In this document: positions 30,766-41,228 of the stretch, piece by piece
How the letters are laid out: each line of letters opens with the position of its first letter
Numbering within the stretch: the first letter of the stretch is position 1
Assembly (NCBI GenBank): GCA_965203095.1
Contig: OZ241877.1
Location: 1,632,001-1,696,000, forward strand
Length of the DNA: 64,000 nucleotides
Source of the DNA: Bdellovibrionales bacterium
GTDB taxonomy: Bacteria > Bdellovibrionota > Bdellovibrionia > Bdellovibrionales > UBA1609
Direction: 5' to 3'
The notes under the pieces: generated by a model
Seen by the model: the letters and a program-made list of their open reading frames with translations, nothing else
What the model was told of the DNA's origin: nothing
Databases searched by the model: none
Program-made: the position numbers and the translations under genes

Positions 30766-31650
30766 ATGAAACTTCAAATTCCAGCAGTTTATCAAAAAAT
30801 TTTTGAGAATAAAATTTGCTTTTACTGTGGGTTGTTTATTGTCCTTGTCGGTCTTTGTGCTCTGTTTGCTGAGTGGATTGCCCCTTACCCTTTTTATGAG
30901 CAGTTTCCTGAAAGGGCACTCTCTCCTCCCTCAATTCAGCACTATTTGGGAACAGATCATCTGGGAAGAGACCTTCTCTCTCGGATCATTTATGGGGCCA
31001 GAATTTCTATAGCCATAGGCTTAGGAACAGCCTTAATTTCCGGTTTTCTGGGTTTGTTTTATGGGTTGATTTCCGGATGGCTTGGGGGATGGCCTGATCG
31101 GATACTGATGCGTTTTATTGATATTATGTTTTCCATTCCCACTTTAGTTCTTTTAATTTTAGTTAAGGTAATATTTGATTCTTTTATCCCCATACCTCAT
31201 CCGGAACTGAAGGCTTTAGTGAGTGCTTTGGCCGCTTTAAGTTTAGTGAGCTGGGCCTCTTTAGCCCGTGTGGTTAGAGGTCAGGTTTTACAAGTGAAGG
31301 AAGATCTTTTTGTGGAATCCGCCAGAGCTGTGGGGGCGGGTGCTTTTCGAATGCTTTTTGTTCATGTTTTGCCCAATATAGTCGCTCCTATAATTATTAT
31401 TTTGACTTTTCAAATTCCATCCAATATTTTGTTTGAGAGCATGTTGAGCTTTTTAGGCTTGGGTCTAAAGCCCCCCTTTAGCAGTTGGGGGGTATTGGTG
31501 GATGAAGGTTGGCGATCTTTAAGCTTTTGCCCTCGCCTCATAATTGCCCCCGGCCTTATGCTTTTTTTGACTGTGTTGGCTTTTAATCTTTTTGGAGATG
31601 GCTTGAGAGATATTTTGGACCCTAAAATGCAAAGTGTGCCAAGGGATTAA
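30766..31650 (+). CDS. Oligo/dipeptide ABC permease (OppC/DppC family)
   Basis: LGTDHLGRDLLSRIIYGAR, EAA loop, SFLGLG, FNLFGDGLRD. Confidence 0.92.
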   Translation: MKLQIPAVYQKIFENKICFYCGLFIVLVGLCALFAEWIAPYPFYEQFPERALSPPSIQHYLGTDHLGRDLLSRIIYGARISIAIGLGTALISGFLGLFYGLISGWLGGWPDRILMRFIDIMFSIPTLVLLILVKVIFDSFIPIPHPELKALVSALAALSLVSWASLARVVRGQVLQVKEDLFVESARAVGAGAFRMLFVHVLPNIVAPIIIILTFQIPSNILFESMLSFLGLGLKPPFSSWGVLVDEGWRSLSFCPRLIIAPGLMLFLTVLAFNLFGDGLRDILDPKMQSVPRD

Positions 31651-31733
31651 AGAATGAAAATTGGACAAGATGAGATTTTTTTTGACATTTTTTATTTTTA
31701 TCTTTTATATAAAATGCTATTCAGGAGGTATTT

Positions 31734-32270
31734 ATGAATTTTAAATGGCTTTTGTTGTTTTTTTTAGGCTTTCATGCTACTGGGGAAGATTCTGCAAATT
31801 TTGTTACAAATTTTACTACTACTGAATTTTTTAAGCAAGCGACTACTGGCGATTTTTGGACATTCAGCTCCTGGGTGGAAACTACAGGAGTCGATATCAA
31901 TACTCAAGATAAAGAGGGCCGGACAGCTCTTCATCTGACCTCTAATGGGGATATAGTAAAGTTTTTGTTAGATAAAGGAGCGAAACCCAATATTCGAGAT
32001 AATCAAGGTCAAACGCCCCTTCACCGTATTGTCTTTAGAGACAACTTGAATCTTAGGTTGATAGATCTTTTGTTGGAAAGCGGAGCTGATCTCAACATTC
32101 AAGATAGAGATGGTCAAACTCCTATGCACTATTCTGCCTTAAGAGGAGATACAGATTGGTTGTTTCATATTTTGAATCAAAGAGAAGAAGCAAATCTCAA
32201 TATTCGAGATAAATTTGGCAAAACACCTGAGGAATATATTACAACAGATTGCAGAGGATCTTTTATGTAG
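31734..32270 (+). CDS. Secreted ankyrin-repeat protein
   Basis: Signal peptide; three to four ANK repeats (DKEGRTALH, DNQGQTPLH, DRDGQTPMH, DKFGKTP); AGGAGG RBS. Confidence 0.9.
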   Translation: MNFKWLLLFFLGFHATGEDSANFVTNFTTTEFFKQATTGDFWTFSSWVETTGVDINTQDKEGRTALHLTSNGDIVKFLLDKGAKPNIRDNQGQTPLHRIVFRDNLNLRLIDLLLESGADLNIQDRDGQTPMHYSALRGDTDWLFHILNQREEANLNIRDKFGKTPEEYITTDCRGSFM

Positions 32271-32375
32271 ACACAAGTGGCTTTAAAAAACCAGTTCATC
32301 ATTTTAAAATGAATAAGCTGTGGTTTTTTTCATTGGAGGACCCGGACAGGAAAGATATTTTAAGCAGAGTTTTTT

Positions 32376-32452
32376 GCGGGTGTAGCTCAGCTGGCTAGAG
32401 TGCAACCTTGCCAAGGTTGAGGCCGAGGGTTCGAATCCCTTCACCCGCTCCA
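32376..32452 (+). tRNA. tRNA-Gly (GCC)
   Basis: GCGGGTG/CACCCGC acceptor stem, CAACC-TTGCCAA-GGTTG anticodon arm, TTCGAAT T-loop, encoded CCA. Confidence 0.97.
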
Positions 32453-32494
32453 TTTTTCAAACCTCAATGTTTGCAGGAAAAATACCTTAAATTT

Positions 32495-33871
32495 TCATAG
32501 CCATTCTTTTATTGGATTTTTTATAGAGCTTATTTTTTTTTGAATAAGCTCTTGGATAGTTTTTTGATTTTGAGTTTGCAAGCCAGAAAATGTTTCTTTC
32601 ATAAGGCTGGAAAGAATCAAATTAAAAGCTTTAAAAGGATCTATTCCTCTGGATTGTAGGTAAAAGGCCAGCTCTTGGCTCTCTGTTGAAGGGGATACTG
32701 TGGCCCCATGGCGAGCCTGAACATTATCCGCCGATATATCTAATTCCGGAAAAGCCACAGCCATAGCCCGATGGCCAAATAAAAAATTTTGACTCAACTG
32801 CTCAGTGTCGGATTGCTGAGCTTTTTTTTGTATAGAGACAGAGCTTTGGAATATTTGTCGGGCCGAATCCAAAAGAAAAGATTTGTAAATTTGACGACTT
32901 TTCCCCTTTTCCCCCTGAAGTGTGGCGGTCACATTGTGATCGGCATACTGCGACCCTTCAAGAAGACTTAAACCATTCACTTCTGAAGATGACTTCTCTG
33001 CTTGATCAACAGCACTCAGCCATCGGCTAATGCTCGCATTTAAACTCAGTGAAAAAAAACAGGCTTTGGCCCCTGGAGACAGGTGGGCAAAAAGCTGGTT
33101 TATCAGCATATCTTGCTCTCCCATCTGATCTGTTCGAATATGCTCTAATTGAGCTTTATCCCCTATATAACTGTCGGTTTGCATGTTTAAAAATAGAGGC
33201 TTTTTGTCCGGTCGGCTATAAAACAGCTCCACAATTTGAGCTTGAGCATTGTTTTCTAAAAAAATAAAATTTCTCAAATTCAAAGCTTGTGAGTTTTTAA
33301 GGCTGTTTTGAGTGTAATGAATTTCCAAAGGCTGTTTTAAGTTTTTTCTAATAATGAGGATCCAACCATGAGGATAAAAAGCATTGCTTAAGTGGCAAAA
33401 GGGGTTTCGTTGTTTTTTTAAAGTGCTGTGTATTTTTCCCCTTACAGAAGATTCCAGTTTTGTTTGAGAGGAGTAAAAATCTCTCCAAGGACAAAGCAAA
33501 ATGTCTTTTTCCTTTGAGAATGAGGGGAAAGGCTCACCATTTTGAACAGAGATCACCAGGGAAGAGGGGTTTACCGGAGAAAGGCTTTTTTTAGCTAAAG
33601 GCAGTTTAACTGCTTCAAAAACAAAATTTTGCCTCATCATTTTTTGGAAAGGGAAATGCCTCCAGCTTTCTTTTTTTTTAGAGAAAAAATCCAGCTGTTT
33701 CAAATAAAGTTGTGATTGTGTTTCAAAAAGATTCGGGACTTCTTTTTTTGAGGGAAAAGTAAGCCAGCCCTTTTTAAATTCTGCTTGTGTTTTAGGAAAG
33801 CCAATCATAGCCTTGTGCTGAAATTTTTTTTGAGAGAGATTGATCACCACTCTTTTTAATTTGCCCATCAA
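32495..33871 (-). CDS. sufD: Fe-S assembly protein SufD (divergent; true start probably downstream, e.g. 33808)
   Basis: PELDISADNVQARHGATV, FYLQSRGI; follows sufBC. Confidence 0.85.
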   Translation of the reverse strand: MMGKLKRVVINLSQKKFQHKAMIGFPKTQAEFKKGWLTFPSKKEVPNLFETQSQLYLKQLDFFSKKKESWRHFPFQKMMRQNFVFEAVKLPLAKKSLSPVNPSSLVISVQNGEPFPSFSKEKDILLCPWRDFYSSQTKLESSVRGKIHSTLKKQRNPFCHLSNAFYPHGWILIIRKNLKQPLEIHYTQNSLKNSQALNLRNFIFLENNAQAQIVELFYSRPDKKPLFLNMQTDSYIGDKAQLEHIRTDQMGEQDMLINQLFAHLSPGAKACFFSLSLNASISRWLSAVDQAEKSSSEVNGLSLLEGSQYADHNVTATLQGEKGKSRQIYKSFLLDSARQIFQSSVSIQKKAQQSDTEQLSQNFLFGHRAMAVAFPELDISADNVQARHGATVSPSTESQELAFYLQSRGIDPFKAFNLILSSLMKETFSGLQTQNQKTIQELIQKKISSIKNPIKEWL

Positions 33872-34541
33872 TCATTATATGAACAAAGTCCGGCGGGACC
33901 AACTCCAACAAATGATGATAGTGGGTAATGATAAGCAAGCTTTTATCTTTAGACCGGAACTGATTTAAGCCCTTAGCCATTTTTTGAATGGAATCCACAT
34001 CCAATCCCGAATCGGTTTCGTCTAAAATGGATAAACGAGGGGAGAGAAGTAATATTTGCAGGATTTCGTTTTGCTTTTTTTCCCCCCCGGAAAAGCCTTC
34101 GTTGAGGTTTCGTTTTAAAAAATCCTCATTTATCCCTAAACTTTTGGTTTTTTGGAAAAGCAGTTTTTCAAAATCTTTGTCAGACATAGCGGGAATGCCC
34201 TGTTGCTTGCATATAGAGTTAAAGGCTGTTTTTAAAAACTCCATATTATTTAAACCGGGAACCTCTACAGGATATTGAAAGGCCATAAATATTCCCTCTT
34301 TGGCCCGATCGGAAACAGTTAAGGACAATAGGTCTTTTTCCTTCCAATGAGTTTCATATAAAACCCGACCATCTGAAATCTCATACCGAGGATCCCCGGC
34401 CAGAATTTTAGCTAAAGTGCTTTTCCCGGAACCGTTAGGCCCCATGATGGCATGGGTTTCCCCTTCTTTTATTTGCAAATCAATCCCTTTTAAAATAGGT
34501 TCTCCCTCTATATTAACCTTTAAATTTTGAATTTTTAACAT
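33792..34541 (-). CDS. sufC: Fe-S assembly ATPase SufC
   Basis: GPNGSGKST, AFQYPVEVPG, GFSGGEKK, LDETDSGLD, ITHY. Confidence 0.96.
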   Translation of the reverse strand: MLKIQNLKVNIEGEPILKGIDLQIKEGETHAIMGPNGSGKSTLAKILAGDPRYEISDGRVLYETHWKEKDLLSLTVSDRAKEGIFMAFQYPVEVPGLNNMEFLKTAFNSICKQQGIPAMSDKDFEKLLFQKTKSLGINEDFLKRNLNEGFSGGEKKQNEILQILLLSPRLSILDETDSGLDVDSIQKMAKGLNQFRSKDKSLLIITHYHHLLELVPPDFVHIMIDGQIKKSGDQSLSKKISAQGYDWLS

Positions 34542-34548
34542 GAAAGTT

Positions 34549-35970
34549 TCAACCAATGCTGTTTTCTAACTTCATTTCAATCAGCTTGACGGCTTCTACG
34601 GAAAACTCCAAAGGCAGTTGTTTAAAAACCTCTTTACAAAAGCCATTGACGATTAAAGAGACAGCCTGCTCTGCACTCAAGCCTCTGGATTGCAGGTAAA
34701 AAAGCTGTTCTTCACTTAAGCGAGAGGTAGAGGCTTCGTGCTCTACAATGGCTGAGGGGTTTTGGGCTGAAATTATAGGGAGAGTTTTCGCTTTAGCCGA
34801 ATCTCCCACTAACATGGAATCGCATTGGCTGTAATTCCTGGCCCCTTTAGCTGAGGAATGAATTTTGACAAGGCCCCTATAAGCATTAACCGACTCGTTA
34901 GAGGAAATCCCTTTGGACAAGATAAGGCTTTTTGTATTTTTGCCCAAGTGAATCATTTTTGTTCCCGTATCGGCTTGCATTTTATCATGTGTAAGGGCTA
35001 CAGAATAAAAACGACCCTCCGAACGATCGCCTTTTAAAATACAGCTGGGATATTTCCATGTAATGGCAGAGCCAGCTTCTACTTGTGTCCATGAAATTTT
35101 GGAATCACTTCCCTGGCAAAGCCCTCTTTTAGTGACAAAGTTATAAACGCCCCCTCGGCCCTCTTTATTTCCGGAATACCAGTTTTGGACAGTGGAATAT
35201 CTGATCTCTGCCCTGTGTTTAGCAATAAGCTCCACCACGGCTGCATGAAGTTGATTGTTGTCGCGGATAGGGGCTGTGCAACCTTCCAGATAGTTGACAT
35301 AAGAGCCTTCCTCAGCAATGAGTAAAGTTCTTTCAAATTGCCCTGTTTCCCCCTGATTGATACGAAAGTAAGTGGAGAGATCTAAAGGGCAACGAGTGTT
35401 TTTAGGGATAAAGCAAAACGAACCATCTGTCCAAACCGCACTGTTCAGGCAGGCAAAAAAGTTATCTTTATAGGGGACTACAGTGCCGATATATTTTTTC
35501 ACTAACTGAGGATGATTTTGGATAGCTGAGGAGATGGAACAAAAAATAATACCTAATTTTTTCAATTTGTCTTCATGAGTTGTGGCGATGGAGACACTGT
35601 CAAAAACAGCATCCACAGCCACCCCGGCCAGCCTTTTTTGTTCTGAAAGGGGAATGCCTAACTTTTCAAAAGTCTCTAAAAGGCGAGGATCCACCTCATC
35701 CATGCTGGAGAGTTTTTTTTGAGGGGCTGGGGCCGAGTAATACCTCATATCCTGATAGTTAATGGGTGGGTATTTGAGCTTAGCCCAGTCCGGCTCTTTC
35801 ATGTTGAGCCACTGCCTATAGGCTTTTATCCTCAAATCCAAAACCCAATGAGGTTCTTTTTTTTTGGCAGAGAGAGCCTCTATGATTCCTTCGTTTAAGC
35901 CCTTAGGCAGGCTGTCTGAAGGGACATCACTTACAAAACCGTATTTGTATTCTTTTTGTTGAGCTGACAT
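34549..35970 (-). CDS. sufB: Fe-S assembly protein SufB
   Basis: [41 protein letters not shown]. Confidence 0.97.
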   Translation of the reverse strand: MSAQQKEYKYGFVSDVPSDSLPKGLNEGIIEALSAKKKEPHWVLDLRIKAYRQWLNMKEPDWAKLKYPPINYQDMRYYSAPAPQKKLSSMDEVDPRLLETFEKLGIPLSEQKRLAGVAVDAVFDSVSIATTHEDKLKKLGIIFCSISSAIQNHPQLVKKYIGTVVPYKDNFFACLNSAVWTDGSFCFIPKNTRCPLDLSTYFRINQGETGQFERTLLIAEEGSYVNYLEGCTAPIRDNNQLHAAVVELIAKHRAEIRYSTVQNWYSGNKEGRGGVYNFVTKRGLCQGSDSKISWTQVEAGSAITWKYPSCILKGDRSEGRFYSVALTHDKMQADTGTKMIHLGKNTKSLILSKGISSNESVNAYRGLVKIHSSAKGARNYSQCDSMLVGDSAKAKTLPIISAQNPSAIVEHEASTSRLSEEQLFYLQSRGLSAEQAVSLIVNGFCKEVFKQLPLEFSVEAVKLIEMKLENSIG

Positions 35971-36097
35971 ATTTCTCTTCCATTATAATAAAGAGGGAAA
36001 GCCTAAGCCTCTATTATTAAATACAGGCTTTTTCACAGTTTATTATTATATGAGCTTTTGAAGAATAGTCAAACATTCATTTATAAAAACTAAAAGC

Positions 36098-38725
36098 TCA
36101 GTTGTGCTGGGCCATAAACCAATTTTTTCCTATGGATAGATTCACTTTTAAAGGGACAGTCAAAACTTCGTTTTTTTCCATAATAGGGACAATCTCTTGA
36201 GATTCGGCCATGACTTGCTCTGTAGGGCATTCAAATAAAAGCTCATCATGTATTTGGGACAAAATGGGAATGGGCAAACTCTCATTGAGGGCAATCATGG
36301 CTTTTTTTATTAAGTCGCTGGCTGTCCCTTGTAAAGGGGCGTTAATACCCGCTCGCTCCACAGCCGCTCTTCTCCTTGGATTTTGCAAATCCGCTGGCCG
36401 GAAAAACCGTTTTCGCCCATAAAGGCTTTGAACATAGTTTTTTTTAGGCAATTCCTCCTTTGTCGTTTCAATATAATCCTTAATTTTTTTAAATTTTTTA
36501 AAGTAATTTTCTATAATCTCTTTGGCCTCTGATCGAGGGATGGAAAGGCTTTCCGAAAGGCCATAAGCCCCTTGCCCATAAGCAATACCAAAATTTACCG
36601 CTTTGCTTTTCCTTCTCAAATCAGAAGAGAGATCCTTTAAAGGCACATTAAAGATCTCACTGGCTGTGATAGCATGAATATCTAAATCCTCCTCAAAGGC
36701 TTTGCAGAGGCTTTCGTCCTTTGTGATATGGGCCAAAATACGGAGTTCCACTTGAGAATAATCCGCACAGATGAGGCTATTCCCCTCCTGAGCCAAAAAA
36801 GCCTTTCGGATCAACTGGCCCCTTTGCGTGCGAAGGGGAATATTTTGCAAATTGGGCTTTAAGCTGGAAAGTCGCCCTGTCACAGTGCCTGCTTGCCGGA
36901 AGTTTGTGTAGATTCGCCCTGTTTTTTCATCCCTGAGGGAGAGGAGGTTGTTTGTATAAGTGCTCTTTAGTTTAAAAAGCTCTCTGTGTTCTAAAATCAG
37001 AGGTAAAATAGGGTGAAGGTTTCTGATTTTTAAAAGTTCATGGCCATCTGTAGAATAGCCCGTTTTAATTTTTCGCCCTCGTGGAAGATTTAGTTTTGTA
37101 AACAAAACTTCATTCAACTGCTTATGGCTTAAGAGGTTAAACTTCTCTCCCGCCAGTTTGTGAATTTGAAACTCTAACTCCTCAATGTCCCGTCCCAAGC
37201 TTGTGGATTGCTTTTCAATCTCCTTAAAATCTAAAAGAAGGCCCTGCCTTTCCATATCATATAAAACGGCGATAAGGGGCAACTCTATGTCTTCAAAAAG
37301 AGTGAGCATCTCCTCTTTTTGAAGGGATAGGAAAAGTTTTTCCCTCAGTTTTTGTTGGTAAAACAAAGTTTGAGGGAGGTTTGGATCCTCTTCTTCCGGA
37401 ATATTCAGATGGATCTGGAAAAGGCTTTTAAGCGAAGGAGTGACTGCGGAATTTATAAGATGCCCGGCAATCATGGAATCCCATTCCGCTACAGGGTGCT
37501 CAATTTTTAGTTTTTTCCAAAGAAACTTTAAGTCATGACCAGAGTAGCGGACCCACTTATAGTCCAAAAAATCAGCCCAACTTTTAAGCTCTCCTGCTGT
37601 TAACAAAACAAAATATTTCCCATAGCTGAGGTAAAGCTGATTTTGGTATTCGCCTATTCCAACGGAGCTATAAGGAGGCAATTTATTTTTAAAATCCTCC
37701 ACTGCCTGTTGTTTCATTTTGAAGGTTTTTGGTTCTTGTTTTGATGAGTTGTTTTGAGACACAAGAACCAGTCTTTTAGGCTCCTTATAAGAGCCTTCTA
37801 AGGGTTTAGGCGACTCGGTTTTGACCGGAAAAAAATCCCTCATAAAGGACTTAAAACCCAGTTCTTCCAAAAAACTCTTAAGGGCTTGTTTACAGCTCAA
37901 GGACAGTTCGGAGATAGGCACTCGCCGGGTATCCTCTATATCCCTATCCCAAACAATATCCGCCTTTAAGGATATAAGCTGGCGAGACAAAAAGGCATTT
38001 TCCCGATCTTTCACAAGTTTTTTTCTAAGAGCTGGCTGAAGGTAATCAATGTGCTTGTAAATCCCCTCTAAGTTGTTGTAACTTTTTAGGAGTTGGCAGG
38101 CCCCTTTAGGCCCAATGCCCTTCACTCCGGGAATATTGTCACTGGAATCTCCTGTTAAGGAGAGATAATCTTGCATTTGCAGGGGGCTGAGTCCCCATTT
38201 TTCCTCCACACCGGAGGGGTCGTAAATGATCTCTTTCATTGTGTCATAAAGAAAAACATGGGAATCCACTAATTGAGCGAAATCTTTATCCCCACTGACA
38301 ATATAGATCTGCCAGCCTTTGCCTTTACTGATATGGGTTAAAGAGGCGATAAGGTCGTCTGCCTCAAACCCCGGCTTTTCCCAAAAAGGGATGCTTAGGC
38401 AGTTCATCATTTTTTTTAAATAGGGGACTTGAACTTCTAAATCTTCCGGCATTTCCCCCCGATGGGCTTTATATGCCGGGTAAATTTGTTTTCTAAAAGA
38501 AGGAGTTTTGCTGTCAAAACAGGATACAATATAGTCTGGAGCTTTTTTCCGGCAGAGTTGTTGAATCATTTTTAAAACCCCATAAAGAGCATTTGTGGGT
38601 TGGCCTTTTTCGTTTTTCATGTTTGTGGGGATGGCGTAATAGGATCGAAAAAACAAAGAGCTGATATCTATCAGGTAAAGTGAGGGGTTAAAAGAGACTA
38701 ACTTCATCCTATAAAAACTACTCAA
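36098..38725 (-). CDS. polA: DNA polymerase I
   Basis: 5'-3' exonuclease (FEADD, GDKD, GDSSDNIPGV) and Pol A motifs (GRLSS..PNLQNIP, ADYSQVELR, KAVNFGIAYG, QIHDEL). Confidence 0.96.
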   Translation of the reverse strand: MSSFYRMKLVSFNPSLYLIDISSLFFRSYYAIPTNMKNEKGQPTNALYGVLKMIQQLCRKKAPDYIVSCFDSKTPSFRKQIYPAYKAHRGEMPEDLEVQVPYLKKMMNCLSIPFWEKPGFEADDLIASLTHISKGKGWQIYIVSGDKDFAQLVDSHVFLYDTMKEIIYDPSGVEEKWGLSPLQMQDYLSLTGDSSDNIPGVKGIGPKGACQLLKSYNNLEGIYKHIDYLQPALRKKLVKDRENAFLSRQLISLKADIVWDRDIEDTRRVPISELSLSCKQALKSFLEELGFKSFMRDFFPVKTESPKPLEGSYKEPKRLVLVSQNNSSKQEPKTFKMKQQAVEDFKNKLPPYSSVGIGEYQNQLYLSYGKYFVLLTAGELKSWADFLDYKWVRYSGHDLKFLWKKLKIEHPVAEWDSMIAGHLINSAVTPSLKSLFQIHLNIPEEEDPNLPQTLFYQQKLREKLFLSLQKEEMLTLFEDIELPLIAVLYDMERQGLLLDFKEIEKQSTSLGRDIEELEFQIHKLAGEKFNLLSHKQLNEVLFTKLNLPRGRKIKTGYSTDGHELLKIRNLHPILPLILEHRELFKLKSTYTNNLLSLRDEKTGRIYTNFRQAGTVTGRLSSLKPNLQNIPLRTQRGQLIRKAFLAQEGNSLICADYSQVELRILAHITKDESLCKAFEEDLDIHAITASEIFNVPLKDLSSDLRRKSKAVNFGIAYGQGAYGLSESLSIPRSEAKEIIENYFKKFKKIKDYIETTKEELPKKNYVQSLYGRKRFFRPADLQNPRRRAAVERAGINAPLQGTASDLIKKAMIALNESLPIPILSQIHDELLFECPTEQVMAESQEIVPIMEKNEVLTVPLKVNLSIGKNWFMAQHN

Positions 38726-38759
38726 CTCAGACGATAAAGAACAGAGTTGTCTCTTAGTG

Positions 38760-39014
38760 TCATAAAGTTTTTTTATCTTGTTTATTCACTTGTTTATTCA
38801 AAAGGGTCTCATACAATCTGTCAAAACGATCGCTTAACCTTTCTATCTTCTTATTTGTGTCCCCTATGTGATTATCTAACTTTGCATTTATCTGGCTTAT
38901 GTCTTTTGACACCCCATTCAGTTTAAAAAACATAACCCCCATAAGAATAAGCAAAATCAATGAAAAGAGAACTCCTTGCTCTAAAAGTATAAAAAAGCTT
39001 GTGATTTTTTCCAT
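38760..39014 (-). CDS. Small TM plus coiled-coil protein (paralog of 30443)
   Basis: TM then LDNHIGDTNKKIERLSDRFD; TTGACA-N18-TATGCT ends 6 nt before the ATG at 39014. Confidence 0.75.
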   Translation of the reverse strand: MEKITSFFILLEQGVLFSLILLILMGVMFFKLNGVSKDISQINAKLDNHIGDTNKKIERLSDRFDRLYETLLNKQVNKQDKKTL

Positions 39015-39171
39015 AATAACAGCATAAGGCTTTAGTTTAATACCTGTCAAGGTTTTTTCCAAAAAAAAGTCCGATTTTGAGCAAAAAAACCCAGGAAATA
39101 TGGAGGGGCCAGCAAAAAAAACTTCATGAGGTTTTGGGCAAAAACAGTTGTTTGCAGGTGATCAGTGAGTT

Positions 39172-39759
39172 TTATTTTGTGGGAGGGCCTAATAAAGGAT
39201 AATTCCAATGGGACAATTGCTGAATCACGGAAATAAGAGGTAGGCCCTCAATAGAGTAAAAATCCTCTGTTTGTATTTTTTCAAACAGCTGGATACCTTT
39301 AGACTCTATGTGATAACTCCCCGCACTTTTTAAAGGTTTTTCGCTCAAAACATAGTTCTTGATCTGTTTTAAACTTAAGTGCCGCATGCTCAACCGGCTT
39401 TTAATTAAACGGGAAAAACTTTTTTGGCCCCAAAGTATGTAAAGCCCACTCAAAAGGCAGTGGGTTTTACCCTGTAGTTGTATTAAAGTCTCTATAGCCT
39501 TTTTTGTGGTGTGAGCTTTACCAAAGAGTTGCCCCTCATGCAAAACCATTTGATCGCAAGCAATAATGATTTCTTTTTCATAAAGTGTTTGGGCTTTAAG
39601 GGCTTTTTGCCGGGCAATTTCTATACAAGAGTTTTCTGGTTTTTTATGATTGAGGAACAGCTCTTCATCAATATTAGGGGCAAAACTTGTAAAAACAAAG
39701 CCGGCTTGGGCCAACAACCTTTTCCTGCTGGGGGATTGGCTGGCTAAAATGATTTTCAT
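39172..39759 (-). CDS. maf: Maf-family nucleotide pyrophosphatase
   Basis: IILASQSPSRKRLL, IDE, IACDQ, FGK, AGSY, GLP. Confidence 0.9.
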   Translation of the reverse strand: MKIILASQSPSRKRLLAQAGFVFTSFAPNIDEELFLNHKKPENSCIEIARQKALKAQTLYEKEIIIACDQMVLHEGQLFGKAHTTKKAIETLIQLQGKTHCLLSGLYILWGQKSFSRLIKSRLSMRHLSLKQIKNYVLSEKPLKSAGSYHIESKGIQLFEKIQTEDFYSIEGLPLISVIQQLSHWNYPLLGPPTK

Positions 39760-40087
39760 TGGATGAAGCCCTTCTTGCAAACACAATTTTACAGACAAAT
39801 AAGCTTGTTTATATTATGAGAGCTTTTTTGTTGTCAAGGGCGGGAGGAGCTTATCCTGCCTTTGTTGTGGAAAGGTTTTTCCGACTTGTCCATCTTTTCC
39901 GCAAAGTTTTGTCTAAAAGAGTGATAAAGCAGGTTGTAAAGTTATGCAGGACAGGCATTTAAAAACACTTCCCGGCGAAAGGCCAGTTTTTTGAATCTAT
40001 TGGATCTTTTCTATCCTCCTTTAAAAAAGGAAAGCTAAACTGAGCTTGTCAAAGGCAGTTCATTAAACTCACTCACAGAGGGCTAAA

Positions 40088-40792
40088 ATGTTTACAAAAA
40101 ACAAGCCAGTTTTAATTACCTTTAATTTTATTTTATTACTACTATTCAGTGCTTGTTCTTTACTTTCAGCTAAAAATAAGCAGAACAAAGCAAAAGATTT
40201 TCGTGAGCTATCTTCTTCCAGTCATCCATCAGTTTGCCATCAGAACAATTATAAAGAGTATATCTTCGATTTTGAAAAAACAGAGAACTTGATAAAGAGA
40301 ACCCTTAGAGGTTGCAATTTGCAAAAGATCAATTTACAAGGGGCTTTTTTGCAAGGAGCTTTTTTGCAAAGGGCGAATTTAAAAGGGGCAGTTTTACAAA
40401 AGGCGAATTTGTATGGTGCCAACTTACAAAGGGCGGATTTACGAGAAGCTTATCTTCAAGAGGCGAATCTGCAAGGGGCTTTTTTGCAAGGGGCAGTTTT
40501 GCAAAAGGCAAAGTTGGAATCAGCAAATTTACAATGGGCGGATTTGCGAAAGGTGTATTTAAAAGAGGCCCAATTACAAAAAGCCAATCTGGAAGAAGCT
40601 GTTTTGCGAGAGGCTTATTTGCGATGGGCGGATTTTCAATCAGCAAATTTGCAAAAGGCAAATTTGCAAAAGGCGGATTTGCGAGATGCGAGTTTTCGAA
40701 AGGCGAATTTACAAAATGCATATTTAAAAGGGGTTATTTATAATGATCAGACATCTTTCCCATTTAATTTTGACAAAAACAGATTGAAATAA
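40088..40792 (+). CDS. Pentapeptide-repeat lipoprotein
   Basis: Lipobox FSAC; long A(N/D/F)L(Q/R)x repeat tract; C-terminal IYNDQTSFP. Confidence 0.9.
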   Translation: MFTKNKPVLITFNFILLLLFSACSLLSAKNKQNKAKDFRELSSSSHPSVCHQNNYKEYIFDFEKTENLIKRTLRGCNLQKINLQGAFLQGAFLQRANLKGAVLQKANLYGANLQRADLREAYLQEANLQGAFLQGAVLQKAKLESANLQWADLRKVYLKEAQLQKANLEEAVLREAYLRWADFQSANLQKANLQKADLRDASFRKANLQNAYLKGVIYNDQTSFPFNFDKNRLK

Positions 40793-40793
40793 A

Positions 40794-40950
40794 TAGTTGT
40801 CCGTGAAAAACCTTTGTTTTTTAACTTTTTTTGTCCAAAGGACCATTCCATTTCGGGACGGCAATACCTTGGACCCTCATGGAATGGCCTTTGGACAAAA
40901 TCAGGAAAAAGAAGATGAGGCTTTTTGTCCAGCTTTTTCACGGACGACTA
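40794..40950. mobile_element. MITE/REPIN-like element, copy C (subtype 1)
   Basis: TAGTTGTCCGTGAAAAA / TTTTTCACGGACGACTA; stem TTTGTCCAAAGG(A)CCATTCCAT / ATGGAATGGCCTTTGGACAAA; invariant loop at 40852-40878. Confidence 0.82.
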
Positions 40951-41228
40951 AATAGTCTAAAACTGTATTCCCGTTATGAATCTTTAACTCATGTTCATTT
41001 AAAATGTTCATTTAAATCTGCTGTTAATTTTTTGAACAGTTTTTTTAAGCTTGTGTCAAAACCCTTAGTTGTTTGGCCTCTCAGTTCCTGTTTTTATTGA
41101 GAAAAAATCAAAAATCCCTTATTTATATACTTGTCGGCAAAGGCATTTTTGAAAAACTTAAAATGGTTTTTTAAATTTGTCTAAAACTTGAAAACAGGTT
41201 TGTTAAACAAAATAAAAAGGAGGTTAAA

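Noticed and set aside
39860..39960. Possible DnaA boxes or origin
   Set aside because: No exact TTATCCACA matches and no dnaA/gidA context.
40312..40743. Alternative-frame and antisense ORFs over pentapeptide genes (also 48353-48838, 12158-12391)
   Set aside because: Stop-free shadows of 15-bp periodic coding sequence.
40831..41100. Short ORFs starting in repeat elements (also 16430, 16437, 55329, 26311)
   Set aside because: Translations of palindromic repeat DNA.
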